Positions 36,757-46,474 of a stretch of DNA of 64,000 nt are shown one piece after another. The translations under genes were made by a program, and so were the position numbers. The notes under the pieces were generated by a model, which was given only the letters and a program-made list of their open reading frames with translations, did no database searches and was not told the origin of the DNA. The DNA lies in the NCBI GenBank assembly GCA_035288225.1, contig DATEAT010000031.1, forward strand, positions 47,678-111,677, given 5' to 3'. Positions within the stretch are counted from its first letter, which is position 1, and each line of letters begins with the position of its first letter. The DNA comes from Anaerolineales bacterium. GTDB lineage: Bacteria > Chloroflexota > Anaerolineae > Anaerolineales > RBG-16-64-43.

Positions 36757-36845
36757 CGCCCCTCCCCCGGATTGACTTCTAAGCCTCGCGGCACCTGCTG
36801 GCCGGGGGAGGGGTTGGGGGCCTGCCCTGGGAACGAGGGTGGGGG
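36757..36845. repeat. dispersed repeat family C copy
   Basis: CGCCCCTCCCCCGGATTGACTTCT...GCCGGGGGAGGGGTTGGGGGCCTGCCCTGGGAACGAGGGTGGGGG. Same order and orientation as 7168-7258. Confidence 0.7.
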
Positions 36846-36929
36846 CAAGAGGCGGTTGCCTTTCTTCCAGAAGCTCAAAAGCGGGGGATTTGGGCGCACG
36901 CGAGGCGTGTCTGGACGCGGTGCCGGCTT

Positions 36930-36958
36930 TTGACGGCCTGCGCCGGGCATGGTATACT
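36930..36958 (+). promoter_or_regulatory. putative rpsB-tsf promoter TTGACG-17-TGgTATACT (extended -10)
   Basis: TTGACG at 36930-36935, TG at 36950-36951, TATACT at 36953-36958. Implies a ~165-nt leader before rpsB. Confidence 0.6.
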
Positions 36959-37128
36959 GCCAGTCACTCCCGCCCAGAGGCGGGAGAATTTCTGCCCCGA
37001 ACGGGGCTGCCCTCACCGAGGGCCATCTCTCACGCGGTGGACCTGCTCGTGCGTGCTCCTCAGCGATCGCAGCTGCGGAGCGAGCGAGCGGGGATGAAAC
37101 CGCGGAGGTTGAACGCAAAGGAGTCCTC

Positions 37129-37935
37129 ATGGCACTGGTCTCGCTGAAAGCCCTCCTCGAGGCCGGGGTGCACTTCGGCCATCGCACCGAGAAGTGGCAC
37201 CCCAGGATGAAGCCCTACATCTTCACCGAACGCAACGGCGTTCACATCATCGACCTGCAGCAAACGCTGTCGTCACTCTCGACCGCGTATGCCATGGTGC
37301 GCGACATCGTAACCGCAGGCGGCACACTGCTGTTTGTGGGCACCAAGCGCCAAGCCCAGGATACGATCGAGACTGAAGCCACGCGCTGCGAGATGCCCTA
37401 TGTCGTCGATCGCTGGCTGGGCGGCACGCTCACCAACTGGCGCACCATCAAAGAGCGCCTCGACGAGCTCGACCGCCTGGAGAAAATGGAAGCCTCCGGC
37501 GACTTCGGGCGCATCACCAAGAAGGAAGGCCTGATGCTGCGCCGGCGCATGGCGCGCCTCAACCAGCGCCTGGGCGGCCTGCGCCGCATGAACGGGCTGC
37601 CTTCGCTCATCTTCGTGGTCGATGTTTTCCGCGAAGCGACCTCCATCCACGAGGCCAATATCCTCGGCATCCCGGTCGTAGCGCTGGTGGATACCAACTG
37701 TGACCCGCGCGGTATCGATTACATCATCCCCTCCAACGACGACGCCATCCGCGCCATTCGCCTGCTGACCGGCAAGATGGCGGATGCGGTGGTCGAAGGG
37801 CGCTCGCTGCGCAAGGACCAGGAGCCGGCCGAGGTGGCGGCCCCCGAGCCGAAGGATGAGGAACTGCTCGGCGAGGCCACGCTGGCCAAGATGCGCGAGG
37901 GCGAAGCCCCGGCAGCGCCCGAGGAAACCAAGTGA
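37129..37935 (+). CDS. rpsB: 30S ribosomal protein S2
   Basis: LLEAGVHFGHRTEKWHPRMKPYIF is the canonical S2 N-terminus. Start trimmed to ATG 37129 behind AAAGGAG (37117-37123). Confidence 0.95.
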   Translation: MALVSLKALLEAGVHFGHRTEKWHPRMKPYIFTERNGVHIIDLQQTLSSLSTAYAMVRDIVTAGGTLLFVGTKRQAQDTIETEATRCEMPYVVDRWLGGTLTNWRTIKERLDELDRLEKMEASGDFGRITKKEGLMLRRRMARLNQRLGGLRRMNGLPSLIFVVDVFREATSIHEANILGIPVVALVDTNCDPRGIDYIIPSNDDAIRAIRLLTGKMADAVVEGRSLRKDQEPAEVAAPEPKDEELLGEATLAKMREGEAPAAPEETK

Positions 37936-38546
37936 GCCCCGCCATGCAAATCAACACGGCCCAGGTCAAACAACTGCGTGAAGCCACCGGCGCCGGCGTG
38001 CTCGACTGCCGCAAGGCCTTGCTCGAGACGCAGGGCGATTTCGAGAAGGCGGTGGTTTACCTGCGCGAGAAGGGCTTGGCGGCGGCCGCCACGCGCGCCG
38101 ATCGTGAAGCGCGCCAGGGCGTGCTCGACCTGTACAGCCACGGCGGCGGGCGGGTGGGGGTGATGGTCGAAGTCAATTGCGAAACGGACTTCGTGGCCCG
38201 TACTGAGGAGTTCCGGCGCTTTGCCCACGAAGTGGCGCTGCAGGTTGCAGCGGCCAACCCGCGCTACGTCGACGTGGCGGACGTACCGGCCGAGGCACTG
38301 GACGCCGAGCGTGCAAAAGCCCGCGAGCGAGCACGCGAAGAGGGCAAACCCGAAAACGTCTGGGATCGCATCGCCGAGGGTATGCTCGAGAAGTTCTACG
38401 CCGAGGCCTGCCTCTTGCGCCAGCCGTACGTGCGCGACGACAAGCGCACCGTCGGCGACCTGCTCAAGGAGGCCGTCACCACCACCAAAGAAAACATTCT
38501 CATCCGGCGCTTCACGCGCTGGGAGGTCGGAGAAACCGCCGAATAG
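37932..38546 (+). CDS. tsf: translation elongation factor Ts (short form)
   Basis: VKQLREATGAGVLDCRKAL is a UBA-like N-terminus and the protein is ~200 aa. GTG 37932 overlaps the rpsB stop and sits 6 nt after GAGGA. ATG 37944 is an alternative start. Confidence 0.9.
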   Translation: MSPAMQINTAQVKQLREATGAGVLDCRKALLETQGDFEKAVVYLREKGLAAAATRADREARQGVLDLYSHGGGRVGVMVEVNCETDFVARTEEFRRFAHEVALQVAAANPRYVDVADVPAEALDAERAKARERAREEGKPENVWDRIAEGMLEKFYAEACLLRQPYVRDDKRTVGDLLKEAVTTTKENILIRRFTRWEVGETAE

Positions 38547-38573
38547 CATGGCGCGGGTCAGCCGGAAGGCTGA

Positions 38574-39365
<792 letters not shown>

Positions 39366-39512
39366 GGCCGGCGACGCGGCTGCCCTGCGGCTCGGGCCGG
39401 CCGCGTTGTGCACGCACCTGAGTGGTTTACCGGATTCGTCCTTTTGGGTTATCCTTGGAGAACGCGGAGGTCGCTTCGCGCGACTCCCGCGCCCATTCCT
39501 CAGGAGTTGCAC

Positions 39513-40070
39513 ATGGTCAAAGAGGCACTGTCCGAGGCTGAGGGGCGGATGAAAGGGGCGACCAAGACCCTCGAGGAGAGCCTGGCCACGCTGCGCACCG
39601 GGCGCGCCAGCCCGGCCCTCATCGAGAAGCTGGAAGTGGAGTACTACGGTACACCCACCCCGCTCATGCAACTCGCGACCATTTCGGCGCCCGAACCGCG
39701 CCTGCTGACCATCAAGCCGTTCGATCCCGGCTCGCTCAAGAACATCGAGCGCGCCATCCTGGCCTCCGACCTGGGGCTGACCCCAGGCAATGACGGCAAG
39801 CTCATCCGCCTGATGATTCCCGCTCTCACCGAAGAGCGGCGCCGCGAATTGGTCAAGGCCACGCACCACCGGGCGGAGGAGGCGCGGGTAGCCGTACGTA
39901 ACGTGCGGCGCGACGTGCACAACGACCTGCGTGAGTTCGAAAAAGAGAAGCTCATCTCTGAAGACGACCTCAAACGCGGCGAGGAAGACCTGCAGAAGAT
40001 GACCGACAAGATGGTCGAGAAAGTGGACGACCTGGTGAAGCGCAAAGAAACGGAGATCATGGAGGTCTGA
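39513..40070 (+). CDS. frr: ribosome recycling factor
   Basis: 185 aa with [20 protein letters not shown] and [18 protein letters not shown]. Start trimmed to ATG 39513 after CAGGAG. Confidence 0.95.
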   Translation: MVKEALSEAEGRMKGATKTLEESLATLRTGRASPALIEKLEVEYYGTPTPLMQLATISAPEPRLLTIKPFDPGSLKNIERAILASDLGLTPGNDGKLIRLMIPALTEERRRELVKATHHRAEEARVAVRNVRRDVHNDLREFEKEKLISEDDLKRGEEDLQKMTDKMVEKVDDLVKRKETEIMEV

Positions 40071-40113
40071 GGCGCGCCACGGCGGCGCAGCCACAGACTC
40101 CACGGAGCGACCC

Positions 40114-40878
40114 TTGGGCACGACGACCCCCCGCGCGGAGACCCCCGGCACGCCGGTGCCGGAGGGGCTGCCGGGCAAGATTCCACAGCACGTCGCGATC
40201 ATCATGGATGGCAATGGGCGCTGGGCCACCGCGCGCAACCTGCCACGCCTGGCCGGTCACCGCGCCGGCACCGAAAACCTGCGCCGCATCATCCAGGCAT
40301 GTGCCGAGTTCGGCATCCGCTATCTCACGCTGTATGCCTTCTCCACCGAGAATTGGGGCCGGCCGGAAGAAGAGGTGCAGGGGCTGCTGTCGATTATCGA
40401 GGACATGCTTGGCCGCGAGCTGAACGAGCTGCACCGCAATGGCGTGCAGCTGCGCCACCTCGGGCGGCTGGAGGGCATCTCTCCCTTCTTGCAGCGCAAA
40501 GTGCGCGAAGCTATCGACCTGACCAAGGACAACAGCCGCCTGACGTTGAACGTGGCCTTCAACTACGGCGGGCGCGACGAGATCGTGCACGCGGTGCGGC
40601 GCATGATCGCCGAGGGTGTGCCGGCCGAGGCGGTCGACGAAAAGCTGATGAGCCAGTACCTTTATACCGCCGGCACGCCGGACCCCGACCTGATCATCCG
40701 CACTTCGGGCGAGCTGCGCATCAGCAACTTTCTCATCTGGCAAGCCGCCTACTCCGAATGGTACATCACCCCGGTCTATTGGCCCGACTTCGGCAAAGAA
40801 GAATTGCGCCAGGCGTTGTGGGAGTTCAGCCAGCGCGACCGGCGCTTCGGCCGCGTAGCTCCCTCCGCGGGTAGCTGA
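40114..40878 (+). CDS. uppS: isoprenyl transferase (undecaprenyl-diphosphate synthase)
   Basis: [25 protein letters not shown] and [20 protein letters not shown] motifs. TTG start sits 6 nt after GGAG. Confidence 0.9.
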   Translation: MGTTTPRAETPGTPVPEGLPGKIPQHVAIIMDGNGRWATARNLPRLAGHRAGTENLRRIIQACAEFGIRYLTLYAFSTENWGRPEEEVQGLLSIIEDMLGRELNELHRNGVQLRHLGRLEGISPFLQRKVREAIDLTKDNSRLTLNVAFNYGGRDEIVHAVRRMIAEGVPAEAVDEKLMSQYLYTAGTPDPDLIIRTSGELRISNFLIWQAAYSEWYITPVYWPDFGKEELRQALWEFSQRDRRFGRVAPSAGS

Positions 40879-40882
40879 CCGT

Positions 40883-41710
40883 ATGCTGCCCGACCGCCTG
40901 GTGGTCGCCCTGTTGCTCCTGCCCATTGGTCTGGGGCTCATCGCCTACGGCGGTGTGCCGCTACTCCTGATCATCTCCGTCTTGGTGGTGCTGGCTGCGC
41001 TCGAGTATGCCGACCTGTTCGCCCGCACGGGGCTGGCTCCCTCGCGCTGGCTGGTGGCCGGCGGGGCGCTCGCGCTGATCGTTGCCCGCCACTTGTTTGG
41101 CTTTGACCACGTCGGCCTGATCCTCACACTCATCATGCTGATCGCCGTGGCTTGGTACCTGCGCGCTTACGAGCGCGGCTCGGCGCGTGCCGCCACCGAC
41201 TTTGCCGTGACCCTCGCCGGAATCATCTACCTCGGATGGTTTGGCGCCTACTTCATGTCATTGCGCGCGCTGCCGGGCGGGGAGTGGTGGCTGCTGGTGG
41301 CGCTGACCGGGGTGTGGTTCGGCGACGCGGCGGCCTTCAGTATCGGCCGGCGTTTTGGGCGCCACCCCATGAGCCTGCGCCTCTCCCCGCGCAAAACGTG
41401 GGAGGGCTACGTCGCCTCGATCGTCGGCGGCGGGCTGGGCTCGGGGCTGCTCAGCCTGCTGTGGCAGATCGCCGCGCCGCCGGGCAGCGGCGTGGGTCTG
41501 GTGAGCGGCCTGGTCATTGGCTCGCTGCTGGGGGCATTGGGCACGCTCGGTGATCTGGCCGTCAGCATGCTCAAGCGCGAGGTGGGGGTCAAGGACTCGG
41601 GCACCCTCCTGCCCGGCCACGGCGGGGCGCTTGATCGTATTGACTCATGGATTGTCGGGGCGGCCATCGGTTACTACCTGGTGGTCGGGCTGGCGCCGCT
41701 CCTGCACTGA
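40883..41710 (+). CDS. cdsA: phosphatidate cytidylyltransferase
   Basis: Polytopic membrane protein with the CDS signature SMLKREVGVKDSGTLLPGHGGALDRIDS. Confidence 0.85.
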   Translation: MLPDRLVVALLLLPIGLGLIAYGGVPLLLIISVLVVLAALEYADLFARTGLAPSRWLVAGGALALIVARHLFGFDHVGLILTLIMLIAVAWYLRAYERGSARAATDFAVTLAGIIYLGWFGAYFMSLRALPGGEWWLLVALTGVWFGDAAAFSIGRRFGRHPMSLRLSPRKTWEGYVASIVGGGLGSGLLSLLWQIAAPPGSGVGLVSGLVIGSLLGALGTLGDLAVSMLKREVGVKDSGTLLPGHGGALDRIDSWIVGAAIGYYLVVGLAPLLH

Positions 41711-41748
41711 ACGGATCGCCTCCGGTCTTTCGCCGGCCGAGGAAAAGC

Positions 41749-41775
41749 ATCGCCGCGTCGAGCCGACGCGGCGAT
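41749..41775. terminator. hairpin between convergent cdsA and the 41808..43247 gene
   Basis: ATCGCCGCGTCG (41749-41760), AGC, CGACGCGGCGAT (41764-41775). Flanked by GGAAAAGC on one side and TTGATTCT on the other. Confidence 0.5.
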
Positions 41776-41807
41776 TTGATTCTCCTCCAGCGCAGATTCT
41801 GCCGAGT

Positions 41808-43247
41808 TCAGGGCAGCGCACCATCCAGCGTCGGTACGGCATCGTCGGTAAAAGCGAAATCGAGCGCAGGCAGATCGGCCGGGCCGAGCGCGCAGGCCGC
41901 GATCCCCTCCTGGCCGATGCACATCGAGAAGTCGTGCGTCGCCAGAGCCGAGATCAACTCGATCACCGCTGAGCCATCGGCGCCGATGAGGGTGAGCGTG
42001 GTCTGGCCCGCGTTGCGAGCGACGAGCATCAGCCCCACCGCGGAGGCATCCAGTGTGCGCCATCCCGGCAGTTGCAGGAGCGGGTCGCCTCCCGCGCCGG
42101 GCCAGCCGATCTCGAACCCGCCGACGAAGGGGGCCAACTCCTCCTTGTCGGCGTAGGTGGCCAGCACGATCCGGTTGGCCGAGGCCTCGGGGCTCTGGGC
42201 CATCGTCAGCGCCAAACCGGACTCGTCCAGGGTGGATTGCAGGGAGGACAGCGCGGCGATCAGGTCGGTCGACATCTCTAGTTCGCCCAGCGCCTGGACC
42301 ACGACGGGGCCGGAGAAGATGTACGGGAAGTCCATCGGCGCACGCGAGGGCTCGCCTCCCAGAAGGAAGTCGGCCAGGTTGGAAATCCAGCGGGCGTTGT
42401 CGGCGACATGATCGTAGGGTGGCGAGAGAAAGCTCAGGTCGCCGACGGCCAGCACGCGTTCGTTGGCCGCCAGCACGGCCGCAGCCAGATCCCCGCCGCG
42501 GTCGGTACGTGAGGAGAGCGTGTGCTCGTCTGCGGAAATGAGCGCGAGCCCGCTGGGCGAGGCGATCGAATGCGCGGCGTAGAAGGCCACGCGCCCGAGG
42601 TCCGCCGTGAGTGGCGAGGCCGCAAAGCGAGTGAGCAGCACGTTGCGGAAGTTGCCTTCGTTCTCATTCAGGTTGTAGAGATAATCGTCGGCGACGGTGA
42701 TCTCGAACGGTGCCAGCAGCGTGTTGGCGGCGGACGAGTCGTCGAGGGCAGTGCTCGTATCGGAGTAGTAACTGTCGTACTGCGGCGACCCGCGCGTCGG
42801 GTCGGTGAGCACCAGCACCCGCCCGCCGCGACCGACGAAGGCCTCCACCCGCTGCACCTCGTCGCGCATAAACGGCGCGTTGGGCGCGGCCACCACCAAG
42901 GCGGTAGCCGCGGCCAGCCGGGCGGCCAGGCTTCCGGAGTCGCTGGCGGTCAGGAATTCCACTTGCCCGCCGTGCGCGCTCACTGCGCGCACGAGCGGTT
43001 CGAGTTCGGCGGCCAGGAAGTTGTTGGCGTGCGATTGATCGATGAGCACATGTGCGCCCGGCGACGCGCTGCGCGCAGCGGGCGCCTCGCCTGTGGAGAG
43101 CGGCGGCAGCGGGACCGTGAACGAGGCGTACTGCGGTGTGGCCACCGGCGAGCCGCGCCAATAGAGGCCTTGATAGAACCACAGCCCGCGCACGAGAGCG
43201 GGCACGACCAGCAGGGCCAGACCAAGCAGCATGAATCGGCGGGTCAT
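41808..43247 (-). CDS. hypothetical membrane-anchored exported protein (N-terminal half DUF4350-like)
   Basis: An N-terminal TM anchor. The segment VLIDQSHANNF...ALVVAAPNAPF...GGRVLVLTDP resembles the DUF4350/GldG-like glutamine-amidotransferase-like fold; the C-terminal half is unrecognised. ATGA-coupled to sppA; GGGGAGG RBS. Confidence 0.55.
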   Translation of the reverse strand: MTRRFMLLGLALLVVPALVRGLWFYQGLYWRGSPVATPQYASFTVPLPPLSTGEAPAARSASPGAHVLIDQSHANNFLAAELEPLVRAVSAHGGQVEFLTASDSGSLAARLAAATALVVAAPNAPFMRDEVQRVEAFVGRGGRVLVLTDPTRGSPQYDSYYSDTSTALDDSSAANTLLAPFEITVADDYLYNLNENEGNFRNVLLTRFAASPLTADLGRVAFYAAHSIASPSGLALISADEHTLSSRTDRGGDLAAAVLAANERVLAVGDLSFLSPPYDHVADNARWISNLADFLLGGEPSRAPMDFPYIFSGPVVVQALGELEMSTDLIAALSSLQSTLDESGLALTMAQSPEASANRIVLATYADKEELAPFVGGFEIGWPGAGGDPLLQLPGWRTLDASAVGLMLVARNAGQTTLTLIGADGSAVIELISALATHDFSMCIGQEGIAACALGPADLPALDFAFTDDAVPTLDGALP

Positions 43248-44104
43248 GGCTGCCTCCCCTCTGCCGGCGGAACGTAAAGTAAGAAGAGGCCGGCCTCGAG
43301 CGGGTAGGCCGTGGCGCGTCCGTCCTCGGCCATATAGAAGAAGGGCACGGCCGCAGCCGCCGGCAGCCCGGCCAGTTCGCGCAGGTCGGCCACGGCGTAA
43401 TGCGCGATGTGGGCCATGCGCGCGGCGTGGGCGATGGCGGGCGATGGGCCGCCCAAGGCATCCACCAATCCGAGGCGCAGGGCATCGCTGCCCAGATAGA
43501 TCTCGCCGCGGGCAATCTCTTCGGTGGTGAGGTTCAGCCGCTCTCCGCGCCCCAGGCTCACCGCCTGAATGAACCCCGCTTTGACGGCCTCTAACTGGCG
43601 CAGGAAAGAATCACGCGGACCGCCAAACAGTTTGTACGGCCCGGTCGAGGCGACGTCTTCAACGACCGTCGGCCGTGGTGGCAGGCTGCCGATGACGCCC
43701 ACGTTGCCCACCTGAGAGGTGGGCATGGCGAAGATATAGTCGCTGCCCACGGCCAGGTAGTAGGCCCCGCTGGCGGCCATGGTGCCGATGGTGCTGATCA
43801 CCGGCTTTGCGGCGCGCAATCGCGCCAGCTCGAGATAGACGGCTTCGGTGTCGGCCACGGTGCCGCCCGGGCTGTCGAGCACCAAGACCACCGCGCGCAC
43901 CCGCGGGTTGCTGCGGGCTTCGTCGATCTGGGCGATCACTTCGCGCGCGCTCACCGCCTCGATCGGAGTATTGATATAGATGATTCCGACCACCGGGCGC
44001 GGGATGAGCAAAGCCAGGACGAGGCCGGCGGCCAGGAGCAAGGCCAGCCAGACCCAGCGCCAAGCGGGCCCCAGCGCAGGAAGCTTCCAAGCCCTCATGT
44101 TCAT
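43244..44104 (-). CDS. sppA: signal peptide peptidase SppA, 36K type (S49 family)
   Basis: An N-terminal TM, then VVLVLDSPGGTV and the nucleophile region MAASGAYYLA, typical of S49 peptidases. GGAGGA RBS. Confidence 0.85.
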   Translation of the reverse strand: MNMRAWKLPALGPAWRWVWLALLLAAGLVLALLIPRPVVGIIYINTPIEAVSAREVIAQIDEARSNPRVRAVVLVLDSPGGTVADTEAVYLELARLRAAKPVISTIGTMAASGAYYLAVGSDYIFAMPTSQVGNVGVIGSLPPRPTVVEDVASTGPYKLFGGPRDSFLRQLEAVKAGFIQAVSLGRGERLNLTTEEIARGEIYLGSDALRLGLVDALGGPSPAIAHAARMAHIAHYAVADLRELAGLPAAAAVPFFYMAEDGRATAYPLEAGLFLLYVPPAEGRQP

Positions 44105-44361
44105 GGGTCCTCCGTTTGCCCCGAGAGACCTCGCGCGGCCTACGGGGGCTGTGCCATGCGAGCGCCGGGCCCCCTCATCCGGATTGCACGCAAGAGGTTG
44201 GGAGAGTGGAATGCAGGAGGAGTGCGGTCACCCCCTGGGTGCAGAGCAGATGCGCAGGCGCCTCCCGTTGTGCAGGTTGAGCGGGAAGGGGATCTAGCCC
44301 AACTCAACGCGCGCGGGAGGCGCCGTTTGTGCCGGAGAGCGGAACGTCCAGGGGTCGACTC

Positions 44362-44928
44362 TTAGAAGCAGCCGACTCCCAGCCAGGCGCAATACAGATT
44401 ATTGGAGTCGATGTACCAGCCGATGCCGACGGCCACCACGCACGCCAGGAGCAGCAAGCAGCCGCATCCAATCCACAGCATCCGCCTTCCCCCACCCTTC
44501 TTCTCGACCGGGGCGGCGGCCGCCAGCGGTGGAGGAGGTACCGGGGCAGCCTGGGGTGCGGCCGCAGCTGTGCGGGGCGCCGGCGGAACTTTGGCGGAGG
44601 CGGCGACGACGGTGGCCGCCACGCCCTCGGTCTCGACACCCAAAACGATGCTTTCGCCCAGCGTGAGTTCATCGCCTGGGGAGATGGCGCGCGGGGCGGT
44701 GATGCGCTGCTTGTTGACGAAGGTGCCGTTGGTCGAGCCCAAATCCTCGATGATTACGCCGCCCGGCTTGGTAACCAGCCGTGCGTGGGCGCGAGACACC
44801 TCGGGATCGGCGATGACAATATCGGCCGAGGCCTCCCGCCCGATGGTGGCGATTTCTTTGTTCAGTTCGAACACCTTGCCTGGCGTGGGGCCGCTGCGCA
44901 TGACCAAGCGCAATTGTCCGCTGGACAT
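44362..44928 (-). CDS. FHA-domain protein with C-terminal Cys-rich transmembrane anchor
   Basis: FHA motifs IGREASADIVI..VSRAHARL...DLGSTNGTFVN, a Pro/Ala linker and a terminal TM. Start trimmed to ATG 44928 behind GAGGAGGAG. Confidence 0.8.
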   Translation of the reverse strand: MSSGQLRLVMRSGPTPGKVFELNKEIATIGREASADIVIADPEVSRAHARLVTKPGGVIIEDLGSTNGTFVNKQRITAPRAISPGDELTLGESIVLGVETEGVAATVVAASAKVPPAPRTAAAAPQAAPVPPPPLAAAAPVEKKGGGRRMLWIGCGCLLLLACVVAVGIGWYIDSNNLYCAWLGVGCF

Positions 44929-44956
44929 ATTCTCCTCCTCGTCGACGCGTGCGGCG

Positions 44957-44985
44957 AGTGTAATTCCACTCGGGGTGGGTGTCAA
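44957..44985 (-). promoter_or_regulatory. putative promoter of the FHA-sppA operon (TTGACA-17-TACACT)
   Basis: The minus strand reads TTGACA (44985..44980), a 17-nt spacer, then TACACT (44962..44957). Lies ~28 nt upstream of ATG 44928 and is divergent from the pheS promoter. Confidence 0.5.
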
Positions 44986-45040
44986 ATGGAATTGCAGGCC
45001 GGGTCTGGTCCGCCGGAGGGCCGTGGCCCGCCGGCCTCGC

Positions 45041-45068
45041 TTGACAGGTGACGGGGATCGGAGATAAT
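45041..45068 (+). promoter_or_regulatory. putative sigma-70 promoter of the pheST leader (TTGACA-16-GATAAT)
   Basis: TTGACA at 45041-45046 and GATAAT at 45063-45068. Confidence 0.5.
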
Positions 45069-45071
45069 TAC

Positions 45072-45399
45072 CGCCACGAAAGGCTGTGACGGAGGAAAGT
45101 ACGCGGCGCTATGCCGACAGGGAGGCTGTGGCCACGACTGCAAGCCCGGCCCGGATCGACGCCGCCGAAGTTCCCTCCTGAGCTGCTCAGGTGAACCCTC
45201 GCGATGGCCGAACCCCTCGTGACCACGCGAACAGTAGCTTGGGCCGCATCCTTCCCGTTAGCGAAGGAGCCCCTCGCCGCTCACCGGCGGCGGGCAATGA
45301 GCGAGCCCGACGGCGCTCTCCATGCAGCGGCCGGGCTCATCAGGGTGGTACCGCGGGCCATGTCCCGTCCCTGAGCGGACGGGGCATTTCGTTTTAAGG
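45072..45399 (+). promoter_or_regulatory. T-box riboswitch leader upstream of pheST, with intrinsic terminator
   Basis: The canonical T-box sequence GGGTGGTACCGCG lies at 45343-45355. An 11-bp terminator helix follows immediately (45360-45370 pairs with 45377-45387) and then TTCGTTTT. The candidate Phe specifier UUC at 45171-45173 abuts a GGAGG (45091-45095)/CCTCC (45174-45178) helix. pheS starts at 45407. Confidence 0.75.
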
Positions 45400-45406
45400 A
45401 GGCCGG

Positions 45407-46432
45407 ATGGCTGAACCGATTGAGGCGATGCGTGAGGCCGCGCTGCGCGCGCTGGACGAAGTGCGCTCGAGCGAGAGCCTGGCGGCATGGCGCGTGGCAC
45501 ACCTGGGCCGGCATTCCCCGCTGATGAACTTCCTGGGCGATCTCGGCTCGCTGCCTGCAGCCGAACGACCGGCCGCCGGCCGCACGGCCAACCAGGCGAA
45601 GCAGGCCCTGGAAGCTGCGCTGTCGGTCAAGGAGGAGGCGTTGCGGGTCCAGAACCTCGAGCACGCGCTGGCCTCCGAGAAGCTCGACCTGACCCTGCCC
45701 GGGCGGCCCCCGCAACGCGGCCGGCTGCACCCCTCGTCGCAGGTGCTGCGCCGAATTCTGGCGATTTGGTCCGAGATGGGATTCCAGGTCTACCGCAGCC
45801 GCGAGGTGGAGAGCGATGAATTCAACTTCCAGCTGCTGAATTTCCCGCCCCATCATCCCGCGCGCGACATGCAGGATACCTTCTATACCACGCGCCCAGG
45901 CGTCATCTTGCGCACGCATACTTCGCCCGGGCAGGTGCGCGTGATGCGCGAACGCTGCCCCGAGCCGATTCGCGTCGTCCTGCCCGGCATGTGCTTCCGC
46001 TACGAGCAGGTGACGGCACGCGCCGAAGCGCAGTTCTATCAGGTGGAGGGCCTGGCGGTAGGGGTGGGCATCACCCTGGCCAACCTCAAGGCGACTCTCG
46101 CCGACTTTGCGCGGCGTATGTTTGGCGCCTCGGTGCGCGTGCGCTTCCGCGCCGATTACTTCCCCTTCACCGAGCCGAGCGCGGAGATGGACATCGAGTG
46201 TTTCATCTGCGGCGGAAGCGGCTGCCCGGTGTGCAAGCGCAGTGGCTGGCTTGAAATCCTGGGCGCAGGAATGGTCCACCCGATCGTCCTACACAACGGC
46301 GGATATGATCCGCGGCGTTACTCCGGCTTCGCTTTCGGAATGGGCCCGGAACGCATCGCCATGCTGCGTCATGGCATTACCGATATTCGCGCCTTCTGGG
46401 CCAACGACCCGCGCTTTCTTGAGCAGTTCTGA
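45407..46432 (+). CDS. pheS: phenylalanine--tRNA ligase alpha subunit
   Basis: Class II aaRS motifs (HPARDMQDTFY, LRTHTSPGQVR, FRYEQVTARAEAQFYQVEG, GFAFGMGPERIAML). AAGGAGG RBS at 45396-45402. Confidence 0.95.
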   Translation: MAEPIEAMREAALRALDEVRSSESLAAWRVAHLGRHSPLMNFLGDLGSLPAAERPAAGRTANQAKQALEAALSVKEEALRVQNLEHALASEKLDLTLPGRPPQRGRLHPSSQVLRRILAIWSEMGFQVYRSREVESDEFNFQLLNFPPHHPARDMQDTFYTTRPGVILRTHTSPGQVRVMRERCPEPIRVVLPGMCFRYEQVTARAEAQFYQVEGLAVGVGITLANLKATLADFARRMFGASVRVRFRADYFPFTEPSAEMDIECFICGGSGCPVCKRSGWLEILGAGMVHPIVLHNGGYDPRRYSGFAFGMGPERIAMLRHGITDIRAFWANDPRFLEQF

Positions 46433-46474
46433 ACCGGCGGACAGGGCGCGGCAACGGCGCGCTGGAGGTGGATT

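Noticed and set aside
36636-37187. A minus-strand 183-aa ORF and plus-strand ORFs in the priA-rpsB spacer as small proteins.
   Set aside because: The region is explained by repeat families B and C, a terminator hairpin and the rpsB promoter and leader. The ORF products are Pro/Gly/Arg-rich translations of the repeats.
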